From the NCBI GenBank assembly GCA_046293555.1, contig JBKBOT010000014.1:1-37105 (forward strand): 37,105 bases of DNA. The letters are read 5' to 3'. The DNA comes from Pyrobaculum sp. (lineage in GTDB: Archaea; Thermoproteota; Thermoprotei; Thermoproteales; Thermoproteaceae). This document shows, piece after piece, positions 8,913-17,809 of this stretch; position 1 is the first letter of the stretch; each line of letters starts with the position of its first letter. Both the position numbers and the translations under genes were made by a program. Below the pieces are notes generated by a model. It had not been told where the DNA came from. It did not search any database and saw nothing but the letters and a program-made list of their open reading frames with translations.

Positions 8913-11476
8913 AGCCGCCTCAACACGTGGGGCAGTATGCCGCCGTGTTTGATATACTCCACCTCCGCCCAGGTGTAGACGGCGGCTTTGCCTCTCACCT
9001 CCCGTATTTCATCCCCCTTACGTATCCTAATTGTAAGCTCCTTGCCGGGGTGGAGGCCTTCAGAGAGGCCGACGACGTCTATCTCCTCGGAGCCGTCCAC
9101 GTCGAGGGTGGCCACTATGGGCACTATGCCCACCATGGCGAGATTCGCCCTGTGTATCCTCTCGAAACTTTCGGCAATTACAGCCCTCACGCCCAGTAGC
9201 CTCGGCCCCTTGGCCGCCCAGTCCCTACTAGAGCCGGCGCCGTAGTTCCTGCCGGCTACCACCACCAGGGGGGTGCCCTCTTTCCCATAGGCCTCAGCCG
9301 CCTCGTAGACAGTCATGACTTTCCCCTCTGGGAACTTTATTGTATACCCTCCCTCCAGCCCGCCGATCTTGTTCCTATAGCCCCTACTGGAGAAAGTGCC
9401 GCGGGTCATCACCTGCCAGTTGCCCCTCCTGGCGCCAAAGGTGTTGAAGTCCTTTGGGCTGACCCCCAGCGAGGTTAGGTACCTCCCGGCGGGGTTTTCT
9501 GGAGATATGGCGCCCGCCGGCGATATGTGGTCCGTGGTGATGTTATCGCCTAGCACCAACAGCGGCCTGGCCCCCCTTATGTCCTCAAGAGCTCCCCCCA
9601 GCTCCACGATGGGGGAGGGCTGTATGTAGGTATCTCTGGGGTCCCAGGGGTAGAGAAGGCCCGTGGGGGCCTCTAGCCCCTCCCACAGCTCGTTTCTCCA
9701 CTCCCCCCTGTAGACCTCCGCCGTGGCCCACTCCTCCACCACCCTACCTACCTCCTCCGGCTTTGGCCACAGGTCCCTTAGGTAGACCGGCCTCCCCTGG
9801 GTGTGGGCCAGAGGCTCTTTGTCTAGATCTATGTAGATGGTTCCGGCGAGGGCGTAGGCCACCACCAGCGGCGGCGAGGCGAGGTAGGCGGCCTTGACGT
9901 CTGGATGTACCCTAGCCTCGAAGTTCCTATTGCCAGACAGCACCGCCGCCGCCATTATGTCATGTTCCCTAATGGCTCTCGCCACGGGTTGGGGCAGCGG
10001 GCCGGAGTTGCCTATACAGGTGGTGCAGCCAAAAGCCACCACGTGGAACCCCAGCTGGTCTAGATACCTCTGGAGGCCACTCCTCTCTAGTATCTCCGCG
10101 GCCGCCCTGGAGCCCGGCGCAAAGCTGGTCTTGACGTAAGGCGGCGGCCTTAGCCCCAGCTCCACTGCCCTCTTCGCCAGAAGCCCCGCCGCCACGAGGA
10201 GGTGGGGGTTGCTGGTGTTAGTACAGCTGGTGATGGCGGCGATGGCCACGTCGCCGTCGCCAAAGAGGACCCGCCTCCCGTCGACCTCAATCTCCACCCT
10301 CTTTCTCTCCCGCCTCTTCCTCTCCTGTAGGAACTGGGCGAAGCTTTTGGGCACCTCCTCAAGCCTCCTCCTCTGCCAGGGCAGCGTGGGGCCCGCCACG
10401 TGGCGCTCCACTGTAGATAGGTCGATCTCTACCACCTGGCTGTACTCAACGCCGTCGACGCCGCCAAAAAGGCCTTGTAGCTGGTAGTAAGTCTGGACGA
10501 GAGCTATGTGTCCCTCAGGCCTCCCCGTGGCCCTTAGGTAACGTATGGTGGCCTCATCTACTGGAAATAACCCCACCGTGGAGCCGTACTCCGGCGCCAT
10601 GTTGGCTATGGTGGCTCTATCTGGCACCGAAAGCCTCCTCACCCCCTCGCCGAAGAACTCCACAAAGGCGTCCACGACGCCCACTTTCCTCAAGGCTTCT
10701 GTCACTGTGAGGACCACGTCTGTGGAGGTGACCCCAGGCCTAATCTCGCCGTAGAGGCGTACCCCCACCACTTTTGGCACAGGTATGACGATGGGCTCTC
10801 CCAACATGGCGGCTTCTGCCTCCACGCCGCCTACGCCCCACCCCACTACCCCCAGCCCGTTTATCATGGTGGTGTGGCTATCCATACCCACCAAGGTCTC
10901 GAAGTGGGCCACGTCGCCGTCTGTCGCCACCACCTTGGCTAGCTGCTCCAAGTTGACCTGGTGGATAATGCCGGCGCCGGGGGGATATACGCGCAGGTTT
11001 CTAAACGCCTGTTGTGCCCACTTGAGGAACCTATATCGCTCCCTATTTCTCTCCACCTCTAGCCCCATGTTTCTCCACAGGGCGTCGGGGGAGCCCCAGA
11101 AGTCCACCTGTACCGAGTGGTCTATCACCAGGTCTACAGGCACCCTGGGGTTCACCACAGAGGGGTCTCCCCCCCGCCTCGCCACCACGTCGCGCATGGT
11201 GGCTAGATCCACCACCGCGGGGACGCCGGTGTAGTCCTGCATGACGACTCTAGATATCCTTATGGCCACCTCGCCCCGGGGGCTCTTTGGGCTCCACCTC
11301 GCCAAGGCCTCTAGGTGCTGCCGCGTGATGTCTCTGCCGTCTAGATTCCTGGCGACGTTTTCAAGCAGCACCCTGATGGAGTAGGGCAGTTTAGCCACGT
11401 CGTATCCCTCCCTCTCGAGGCTTTTTAGTGGGAGATAGCGAAAGGTCTGCCCACCTGCGGAGAACTTTTCAAACAT
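8906..11476 (-). CDS. acnA: Aconitate hydratase A
   Basis: QDYTGVP, DHSVQVD, DSHTTM, ITSCTNTSNP, GCTTCIGNSG, TTDHISPAG and GSSRDWAAKG motifs. Confidence 0.97.
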   Translation of the reverse strand: MFEKFSAGGQTFRYLPLKSLEREGYDVAKLPYSIRVLLENVARNLDGRDITRQHLEALARWSPKSPRGEVAIRISRVVMQDYTGVPAVVDLATMRDVVARRGGDPSVVNPRVPVDLVIDHSVQVDFWGSPDALWRNMGLEVERNRERYRFLKWAQQAFRNLRVYPPGAGIIHQVNLEQLAKVVATDGDVAHFETLVGMDSHTTMINGLGVVGWGVGGVEAEAAMLGEPIVIPVPKVVGVRLYGEIRPGVTSTDVVLTVTEALRKVGVVDAFVEFFGEGVRRLSVPDRATIANMAPEYGSTVGLFPVDEATIRYLRATGRPEGHIALVQTYYQLQGLFGGVDGVEYSQVVEIDLSTVERHVAGPTLPWQRRRLEEVPKSFAQFLQERKRRERKRVEIEVDGRRVLFGDGDVAIAAITSCTNTSNPHLLVAAGLLAKRAVELGLRPPPYVKTSFAPGSRAAAEILERSGLQRYLDQLGFHVVAFGCTTCIGNSGPLPQPVARAIREHDIMAAAVLSGNRNFEARVHPDVKAAYLASPPLVVAYALAGTIYIDLDKEPLAHTQGRPVYLRDLWPKPEEVGRVVEEWATAEVYRGEWRNELWEGLEAPTGLLYPWDPRDTYIQPSPIVELGGALEDIRGARPLLVLGDNITTDHISPAGAISPENPAGRYLTSLGVSPKDFNTFGARRGNWQVMTRGTFSSRGYRNKIGGLEGGYTIKFPEGKVMTVYEAAEAYGKEGTPLVVVAGRNYGAGSSRDWAAKGPRLLGVRAVIAESFERIHRANLAMVGIVPIVATLDVDGSEEIDVVGLSEGLHPGKELTIRIRKGDEIREVRGKAAVYTWAEVEYIKHGGILPHVLRRLC

Positions 11477-11520
11477 GGGGCCACGTTGGAGATGTATTTA
11501 TAATTGTGCCGCCACGTGGC

Positions 11521-11703
11521 TTATAGCTGGTTGTGCCTAGCCGCGGCCTCTCTCGCGGCGTCTAGATCCCCCACCGCCAGCACCGCGGCGTCTTCTATTG
11601 GAAAGATCTTGCCGCAGTAGGGACACTGCCTACGTCTTGTCCCCATCTTGGCCACGCTTGCCCTCCCGCAGTGGGGACACGCCACCGCCACGTATCTCCT
11701 CAC
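11521..11703 (-). CDS. Small zinc-ribbon protein (DUF1922-like)
   Basis: YVAVACPHCG...CPYCGK. Confidence 0.75.
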   Translation of the reverse strand: MRRYVAVACPHCGRASVAKMGTRRRQCPYCGKIFPIEDAAVLAVGDLDAAREAAARHNQL

Positions 11704-12250
11704 GGAGGATTTTCTTCATTAGCCTTAAAGCCTTTCCTAGCTGGTAGTGGAAACAGCCGTATCGCGCCAGCTTGAGGTCCACGCCGCCTCTGGCCTCGGG
11801 GCTGTAGAGAGCCTCTACCACAAAGAGGAGGCCTCTGTGTTTAACCACGGCGTGTCTACCCCTCAACGTCACCCTCCCCACGTGTTTCACCGTGGGGATA
11901 TGTAGAGATATATACCCCGCCGGGGGGGCCGTGGGGGCTATGGGCTCCAGGCAGATATCCACCCGCCGTATGTACACATCTAGCGCATAGGGGGCAGTGG
12001 GGTGTGAGATGGGGGCACATATGGAGATATCTGCCGGCAACGTGGCGCCACGCCATTTTACCAGCAGGAGGCCTACCGTCGGGGGCTGGGGGGAGGGGCA
12101 GAGGGCGCCCCCCCACTCCGAGGCTATAAGCTCTCTCGCCTTGGGGAGGTCCTCTTCTATCCACAGCCCAAGCGGCTTTGGGCTCCTCAGGTCGATGCGG
12201 TATTTAACCCGCCTCTGCGCCAACCCCTGGATGTAAGCACGTCTGGCCAT
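11630..12250 (-). CDS. Hypothetical protein
   Basis: 206-aa ATG-started ORF filling the space; no motif recognised; overlaps the downstream zinc-ribbon gene by 74 nt. Confidence 0.65.
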   Translation of the reverse strand: MARRAYIQGLAQRRVKYRIDLRSPKPLGLWIEEDLPKARELIASEWGGALCPSPQPPTVGLLLVKWRGATLPADISICAPISHPTAPYALDVYIRRVDICLEPIAPTAPPAGYISLHIPTVKHVGRVTLRGRHAVVKHRGLLFVVEALYSPEARGGVDLKLARYGCFHYQLGKALRLMKKILREEIRGGGVSPLREGKRGQDGDKT

Positions 12251-12263
12251 AAGGCATGTAACG

Positions 12264-12271
12264 TTTATAAA
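12264..12271 (+). promoter_or_regulatory. TATA box for the acidic microprotein (palindromic, possibly bidirectional)
   Basis: TTTATAAA starts 27 nt upstream of ATG 12291, the usual leaderless spacing in this window. Confidence 0.65.
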
Positions 12272-12290
12272 TAAGCCACTTTCGGGGGTT

Positions 12291-12374
12291 ATGCCGTTTA
12301 GAGAAGAGGAGTGGGAAGAAGAGGAAGAGCTTTGGGAGGAGTTTGAAGAGGAGTGGGAGGAGGAAGAGTGGTAA
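12291..12374 (+). CDS. 27-aa hyperacidic Glu/Trp microprotein MPFREEEWEEEEELWEEFEEEWEEEEW (not in the ORF track)
   Basis: ATG to TAA, upstream TATA box, T-run right after the stop, mixed GAA/GAG codons. Confidence 0.7.
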   Translation: MPFREEEWEEEEELWEEFEEEWEEEEW

Positions 12375-12375
12375 C

Positions 12376-12415
12376 TTTTTCAAAAGGGCCCCCTTTATCC
12401 TCTTTATTTTTTTTT
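12376..12415 (+). terminator. Oligo-T terminator after the microprotein
   Basis: T-run immediately after TAA, an AAAGGG/CCCTTT inverted repeat, then a second longer T-run. Confidence 0.55.
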
Positions 12416-12517
12416 ACGAGGTTCCTCTATTCCTACAGGTAGGGTATCTCTATGTACAGAGGTGTAGTTTCAAGATTGTTGGGGTTAAGTTTTTAAATGG
12501 CGGAAAATAGGGGATAC

Positions 12518-12895
12518 ATGGCGGGGGGCGTGGGGGAGAGGGTAGTAGTGGGGAGACACATATATGGGAACCTATATGGCTGCGACCCCGACCTTCTCCG
12601 CGACGAGGCGGCTCTCATCACGGTGGTAAAAGAGGCCGTAAAGATGGCTAACGCCTTACTGCTGTCTATAGGGTCCTACAGGTTCGGCCCGGCGGGCGGC
12701 CTCACGGTTTTTGCAGTGGTGGCAGAGAGCCACATCTCTATCCACACCTGGCCTGAACACGGCTTCGCCACGGTGGATGTCTACACCTGTGGGGACCACA
12801 CAGACCCCAAAGCCGCTTTTGACTACATAGTCTCTAGGCTGAAGCCACATAGGGTCGAGATCCACCATGGCGACAGGTCGATGTATAGTGAGTAA
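12518..12895 (+). CDS. speD: Pyruvoyl-dependent S-adenosylmethionine decarboxylase proenzyme; start corrected to ATG 12518
   Basis: VGRHIYGNLY, AESHISIHTWPE (E/SH self-cleavage site) and VDVYTCG; TTTTAAA box 27 nt upstream of 12518. The paralogous arginine decarboxylase is not fully excluded. Confidence 0.85.
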   Translation: MAGGVGERVVVGRHIYGNLYGCDPDLLRDEAALITVVKEAVKMANALLLSIGSYRFGPAGGLTVFAVVAESHISIHTWPEHGFATVDVYTCGDHTDPKAAFDYIVSRLKPHRVEIHHGDRSMYSE

Positions 12896-12924
12896 ATATT
12901 TAAAACGTGGCCTTTCTTTCGGCC

Positions 12925-13533
12925 ATGACTATATGTTTTAAAAAGGCCTATTTAGAAATTGCAAATTTTATATTAAACACGCTGGAGAAAATAGATCTAC
13001 GGGAAATAGAGGTTTTTATAGACACGCTAGAGGAAATATATAGAGCAAACAGGAAGATCCTGGTGGTGGGGGTAGGCCGTAGCGGCTTGGTGGGCAGGGC
13101 TTTCGCCATGCGGCTTAGACACCTGGGGGCCCGGTCATATGTGTTGGGAGAGACTATAACCCCCTCTGTGGAGGAGGGAGACCTAGTGGTGGCAATCTCT
13201 GGGAGTGGCTCCACGCAGATAGTAGTGGCGGCGGCTGAGGCCGCCAAGAGGGTGAAAGCCAGGGTGGCCGCCATCACCTCTTATTACGACTCCCCCCTGG
13301 GGAGGGTGGCGGATTTGGCCATCCGGGTGCCGGGGAGGACCAAGCTGGCCACTTCTAACGACTATTTTGCCCGCCAGATCTTGGGCCTCCACGAGCCTCT
13401 CTCCCCGTTGGGAACCCTCTTTGAGGATACAGCCATGGTGCTTCTAGATGCCGTCATCGCCGAGTTGATGAAAAGACTAGGTAAAAACGAGGAGGAGCTG
13501 GCGCGGCGCCATGCGAACATAGAGATGCCGTAA
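12925..13533 (+). CDS. hxlB: 6-phospho-3-hexuloisomerase (SIS domain)
   Basis: [29 protein letters not shown] and RHANIE motifs; ATG 12925 preferred from TATA spacing. Confidence 0.92.
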   Translation: MTICFKKAYLEIANFILNTLEKIDLREIEVFIDTLEEIYRANRKILVVGVGRSGLVGRAFAMRLRHLGARSYVLGETITPSVEEGDLVVAISGSGSTQIVVAAAEAAKRVKARVAAITSYYDSPLGRVADLAIRVPGRTKLATSNDYFARQILGLHEPLSPLGTLFEDTAMVLLDAVIAELMKRLGKNEEELARRHANIEMP

Positions 13534-13534
13534 G

Positions 13535-13583
13535 TCAGCTTTGTCACCACCGCTCATCCTCGCCACACACCTGCCGTCATCAC
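13535..13583 (-). ncRNA. C/D-box methylation guide sRNA
   Basis: Minus strand reads GTGATGA-cggcaggtgtgtg-GCGA-GGATGA-gcggtggtgacaaag-CTGA (C, D', C', D boxes); TATA-like TTAATAAA about 26 nt upstream. Confidence 0.8.
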
Positions 13584-13629
13584 GTGGCCATATTGCCAAC
13601 ATTTATTAAGTTTTTCCACATGTGCCACC

Positions 13630-14325
13630 ATGTACTACCTACATCCAGCCAAGGCGCTGCTGTCTAGCGCCACAGATGTGAGATATGTAAAGTCGCTTGT
13701 GGCGGAGCTACTGGGCGGCGGCCCCGTGGTTTTCGGCAGGGGGGACGAGCCCATCTTGGCGCTATCTGGCTTCTTCCCGGAGGACGCCCCGGCGGCTAAC
13801 CTCCTCGCCCTTCTTGTCTACCGCTGGCGGAGGGGCCTTCTCGACCTCCCCCCCGTGGCGGCTGCGCCTGTGGTGGATGTGGAGGCGCTTCGGGGCGGGG
13901 CGGCGGCGGTGTATTACGACTTCCTGGAGCTAAGAAGCGAGGCGGCGAGAGAGGTAACGCGGTTTTACCACATGGCGAGGCCCCGGGCGGTGGTGGTGCT
14001 TCTCGGCGGGGTGGAGTTCGACGTGGCTGCCACCACGGAGGTGGCTGCAGAAATCCTGTCAGTACGGAGGGTGACGCCAGATGTCCACACGCCGGAGGGG
14101 GTGGCCACGTTGAAATATAGCCACGGCGTTGTGGTCAAAGTGCCCCCCCGGCATTTCCAGAGGTTTGAACGCCGGGTGGCAGAGCTTGTGAGAAAGGCGG
14201 CGGCGCTGCCGGCGGTGGAGAGGCCTAGAGTCAAGGTGCCGCGGAGGGAGATATATCTGCTCCACGGGGGGGCGCCTCTAGAAGACGGCGTGGAGCTAGA
14301 CAACGAGGTGTATGTCTACATTTAG
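13630..14325 (+). CDS. Hypothetical protein, possibly a degenerate M14 peptidase/deacylase-like fold
   Basis: 231-aa ORF with an upstream TATA box, overlapping ubiX; the fold guess rests on the pattern of hydrophobic strands only. Confidence 0.65.
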   Translation: MYYLHPAKALLSSATDVRYVKSLVAELLGGGPVVFGRGDEPILALSGFFPEDAPAANLLALLVYRWRRGLLDLPPVAAAPVVDVEALRGGAAAVYYDFLELRSEAAREVTRFYHMARPRAVVVLLGGVEFDVAATTEVAAEILSVRRVTPDVHTPEGVATLKYSHGVVVKVPPRHFQRFERRVAELVRKAAALPAVERPRVKVPRREIYLLHGGAPLEDGVELDNEVYVYI

Positions 14326-14884
14326 GGTCTTCCTCGGCGTCACGGGGGCGTCGGGGGCCATATATGGCGTCAAGGTGTTAGAACTTCTGAAAAAAGTGGG
14401 GGCTGAGGTACACCTGTCGGTCTCAAAGACGGCTGAGAGGGTGTTGCAGCTGGAGACAGATTACGACGTGGCTTACCTAAAGTCTCTAGCTGACTACTTC
14501 TGGGAGGAGACAGACCTCTCCGCCCCTCCCGCCTCCGGCAGTTTTGCCATAGACGCGGTGGCGGTGGTGCCGTGTTCAACTAAAACCCTCGCGGCGATAG
14601 CCCACGGCCTGTCGCTAAATCTTATCGTCAGGGCGGCTGAGGTGGGGCTTAAGGAAAGGCGGCGGGTGGTGCTGGTGGTGAGAGAAAGCCCCCTGTCTCT
14701 AGTCCACATAAGAAACATGGAGTTAGCCACTCTCGCCGGCGCTGTGGTGATGCCAGCCGCCCCTGGTTTCTACACACGGCCGAAATCCATAGAGGAGCTT
14801 GTTGCCACCTTCGCCGGGAGGGTACTCGACGCCCTGGGGGTTAGACATGGCCTCACCCCCAGGTGGGGGCCCCACGGGCGTTAA
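14312..14884 (+). CDS. ubiX: Flavin prenyltransferase UbiX
   Basis: GVTGASGAIYG, PASGS, PCS, LKERR, RESPL and PAAPGFY motifs. Confidence 0.95.
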   Translation: MSTFRVFLGVTGASGAIYGVKVLELLKKVGAEVHLSVSKTAERVLQLETDYDVAYLKSLADYFWEETDLSAPPASGSFAIDAVAVVPCSTKTLAAIAHGLSLNLIVRAAEVGLKERRRVVLVVRESPLSLVHIRNMELATLAGAVVMPAAPGFYTRPKSIEELVATFAGRVLDALGVRHGLTPRWGPHGR

Positions 14885-14909
14885 GTTGGCTTTAACCTCA
14901 TGTCTATAC

Positions 14910-15149
14910 ATGAGACGGAGGGGGAGTTATCCAAAAGTTTTCTTTAAACTAGCCCGCAGCTGGGGCAACATACCGGAGTCAGAAGTCCTGGCGTTGTTAA
15001 AACTAGGCGTCAGATGTGACATGTGTGGCGGCAGGGTGAGAGAGCTGGGCTACATGAGGGTGGGTAGAGAGATAGAGCTGGCGCTATGTAAAAACTGTCT
15101 TATAGACTACATAGAGGCTTTAGACATCCAGCCCTCACGATGTCTATAA
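14910..15149 (+). CDS. Small zinc-finger protein (79 aa); start corrected to ATG 14910
   Basis: CDMC...CKNC pairs; the 14799 start would lie inside ubiX. Confidence 0.65.
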   Translation: MRRRGSYPKVFFKLARSWGNIPESEVLALLKLGVRCDMCGGRVRELGYMRVGREIELALCKNCLIDYIEALDIQPSRCL

Positions 15150-15172
15150 GAGCGTATTTACGCCGGGCGGCG

Positions 15173-15838
15173 CTACAGTGTCTCCACCACCTTGAGGAAA
15201 ACCTCTAGAAACCTCTGCCTCAAGTCTACCACCTCGTGTTTTCCAACAACATTGGAGATAACCAACACGCAGCCCGTCTTGAAGCCTTTTAGCCAGCCCA
15301 GCGCCATCGCGGCGGCGCACTCCATCTCTACTGCCAACGCCCCGCGGCTACGCCAAAACTCCACAAAGTGGGGACCCTCGCCGTAGAAGGCGTCGCTAGA
15401 CACCACGTAGCCCACTGGCGCCTTTAGGCTTTGGGCCAGTCTTACTGTCAACATGGGGTCTGCAGAAAGTGGGGGGCAGTGGCTGTGGAAGTAGGCGTTA
15501 TAAAGCCCGCCCGGCGTGGCCGCCGCGCCGGCGGCTACAACCACGTCGCCTACCTGCAGCCCGCCGAGGGAGCCGGCGGTTCCAATACGGATAAAGGTCT
15601 CCATGCCTAAACTCCTTAGCTCCTCCAGCGTGATGGCTATGGAGGGCCCCCCAATGCCGTGGGCAGCCACGGTGACCCACCTTCCCAACACGCGGCCGGT
15701 GTATACTAAAAACCTGTTCTCATTGACCAGCCTGACGTCTTCCATTATGGAGGCATACAGCTTGGCTCTAGCCGGGTCACCCACCCCGATTACCGCCGGC
15801 GAGATGTCTCCCGGCCTCGCCCAGATGTGGTAAGGCAT
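15173..15838 (-). CDS. Purine/uridine nucleoside phosphorylase (DeoD/Udp family); start corrected to 15838
   Basis: MPYHI, GDPARA, HGIGGPS, IRIGTAG, SDAFY and VEME motifs. Confidence 0.92.
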   Translation of the reverse strand: MPYHIWARPGDISPAVIGVGDPARAKLYASIMEDVRLVNENRFLVYTGRVLGRWVTVAAHGIGGPSIAITLEELRSLGMETFIRIGTAGSLGGLQVGDVVVAAGAAATPGGLYNAYFHSHCPPLSADPMLTVRLAQSLKAPVGYVVSSDAFYGEGPHFVEFWRSRGALAVEMECAAAMALGWLKGFKTGCVLVISNVVGKHEVVDLRQRFLEVFLKVVETL

Positions 15839-15863
15839 ATTAAATAGAGAGAATTTTAGATAT

Positions 15864-16808
15864 ATGTTAGAAGTGTTTACAAGAGCCCTCGGCGTCTCGG
15901 GCTTCGAGGAGGAGGTCAGGCAGGCAGTCCTGTCGGTAGTAAAAAACGGCGAGGTGGACCACCTGGGTAACGTCATCGAGGTGGGCAAAGCCAGGGTGGC
16001 CTTTGTGGCACATATGGACGAGGTGGGGCTTTTGGTGACGTCAATAGAGGAAGACGGGAGGCTGAGATTTAGAAAGGTGGGGGGGATAGACGACAAGGTT
16101 TTACCCGGCACGTCTGTGGTGCTCTACGGCGGGGGGCTTAAGGTAGAGGGCGTTATAGGCATCTCCCCGCCCCATTTCCAACAACAGACACAACCCACTT
16201 GGCAAGACCTCTATATAGACATTGGCGTTTCTAGCAGACAGGAGGCGGAGGCCCTGGGGGTAACCCCAATGACGCCTGCGGCATTCGCCAGGAGGTACGT
16301 GGAGATGGGTAGATACATCTCGGCCACCGCTCTAGACGACAGGGCGGGCTGTTGGGTTTTGGCCGAGGCCTATAGGGGCGGCGTGGATGCCACCTACGTC
16401 TGGACCGTCCAGGAGGAGGTAGGCCTTATGGGCGCAAGGGCTTTGGCCAAAAGGCTTGAGGGCAGCGTGGTGGTAGTGGTAGACACCATGGCCTGCTGCC
16501 ACCCTAACTACACGGGCCCCGCCCGCCCGGGCCAGGGGCCGGTGTTGCGGCTTTTTGACAACTACGGCGCATATTTCCACAAGCTGGCCAGGAGGGTGCT
16601 GGAGGTGGCCAGACGTAGGGATATCCCCATCCAGCTTGGGTCCGGGGGCGGCGGCACAGACGCAGCTGCCTTCACCGCGGCGGGGGTCCCGGCGGTGGCA
16701 ATTGGCATCTTGGCTAAATACTCCCACTCCCCCGTGGAGATGGCACATAGGGAGGACTTGAAAAACGCCGTTAGGCTTCTAGAGGCGTTGGGAGAAGAGC
16801 TCGTATAG
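15864..16808 (+). CDS. M42 family metallo-aminopeptidase
   Basis: GVSGFE, AHMDEVG, ALDDRAG, QEEVGL, GGTDA and HSPVE motifs. Confidence 0.93.
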   Translation: MLEVFTRALGVSGFEEEVRQAVLSVVKNGEVDHLGNVIEVGKARVAFVAHMDEVGLLVTSIEEDGRLRFRKVGGIDDKVLPGTSVVLYGGGLKVEGVIGISPPHFQQQTQPTWQDLYIDIGVSSRQEAEALGVTPMTPAAFARRYVEMGRYISATALDDRAGCWVLAEAYRGGVDATYVWTVQEEVGLMGARALAKRLEGSVVVVVDTMACCHPNYTGPARPGQGPVLRLFDNYGAYFHKLARRVLEVARRRDIPIQLGSGGGGTDAAAFTAAGVPAVAIGILAKYSHSPVEMAHREDLKNAVRLLEALGEELV

Positions 16809-17468
16809 GGCCTTCTTGCGTAGGTACTGGTCGACAGTGGCCACGGGCCTCGCCGGGACTCCCGCCACCACGACGCCTGGCGGCACGTCTCTAGTGACCA
16901 CAGCCCCCGCCGCCACGACGGCCCCCTCCCCCACCTCTATCCCCGCCACGAGGGTGGAGTTGGCCCCCACCACGGCGCCTTTTTTTATCACCACGGGCGC
17001 CAGCCTCCTGCTTGGGGGGTACCTGTCGTTTGTAATGACGGCGTTTGGGCCTATGAAGACGCCCTCCTCTATCACCGTGCCGTTGGGGATATAGGCCATG
17101 GATTGTATCCACGCCCCGTCGCCTATCCTCACGCCGCGTTCTATCACCGTCTGGGTCCCCACCCTCGCCCCGTTGCCTATCTTGGTCTGTTCTCTAACCA
17201 GGACGTTATGGCCTATCTCCACGCCGTCGCCAATCTCCACCCCCTCATATATCACCACGCCCCACCTCACCACGACTGACCCCCCTATCTTGGCGCCGTC
17301 GCTGGCCTCCTCCAGGTTTTTAATACGTAGCAGCTTGTCTCTAGCTGGGTACCCCACCACGGCGGCGTCTATAAAGCTGCCTTCCCCCACCACGGTGGGG
17401 CCGTAGATATGTGCCTCTGGAGATATGTAGCTAGCGGCAATTTTCGCCCTCGGCGATATAAAGCCCAT
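16779..17468 (-). CDS. Hexapeptide-repeat (left-handed beta-helix) acyltransferase
   Basis: Repeated IGxxxx hexads, [15 protein letters not shown] and AGVPAR. Confidence 0.9.
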   Translation of the reverse strand: MGFISPRAKIAASYISPEAHIYGPTVVGEGSFIDAAVVGYPARDKLLRIKNLEEASDGAKIGGSVVVRWGVVIYEGVEIGDGVEIGHNVLVREQTKIGNGARVGTQTVIERGVRIGDGAWIQSMAYIPNGTVIEEGVFIGPNAVITNDRYPPSRRLAPVVIKKGAVVGANSTLVAGIEVGEGAVVAAGAVVTRDVPPGVVVAGVPARPVATVDQYLRKKALYELFSQRL

Positions 17469-17515
17469 GGGGGGCCCGGGGCGATACCTTTAAAATATTA
17501 CACACAGCCCGTGCC

Positions 17516-17809
17516 ATGGACGAGTTTACAGAGCTGGCAGAGGTGTTGGCCGAGCTGAGAGAGCTGAAGAGGAGAGTCGCCGAACTGCAGCGCGACGTGG
17601 CTGAACTATCCAGGAGGCTTTCCGAAATAAGGGCTGGAGACCCTGAACACGTCCTGCGGGAGGGGGTGGCTAGGCTCAACGCGGTGGCGGAGGCCATCTT
17701 GGAGAACGCCAGCTTCATTAGGGCCATGTTGGCCGAGGGGGGGCTGAGGCGAGACGAGACGTGTGTAGCCCTGCTGGAAAGACTGGCGGCGCTACGGGGA
17801 CATGTTTAG
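17516..17809 (+). CDS. Small coiled-coil protein
   Basis: Heptad Leu/Val pattern; TTTAAAA upstream; stop overlaps the next start. Confidence 0.7.
   Translation: MDEFTELAEVLAELRELKRRVAELQRDVAELSRRLSEIRAGDPEHVLREGVARLNAVAEAILENASFIRAMLAEGGLRRDETCVALLERLAALRGHV

Noticed and set aside
12291-12518. Microprotein as a polyamine-sensing uORF on the speD mRNA
   Set aside because: T-run terminators separate them and speD has its own TATA box 27 nt upstream of ATG 12518, so a shared transcript is unlikely. The peptide is kept as an independent gene.
15839-16111. N-terminal extension of the 312-aa minus-strand ORF
   Set aside because: It is antisense to the M42 peptidase; the phosphorylase begins at 15838.
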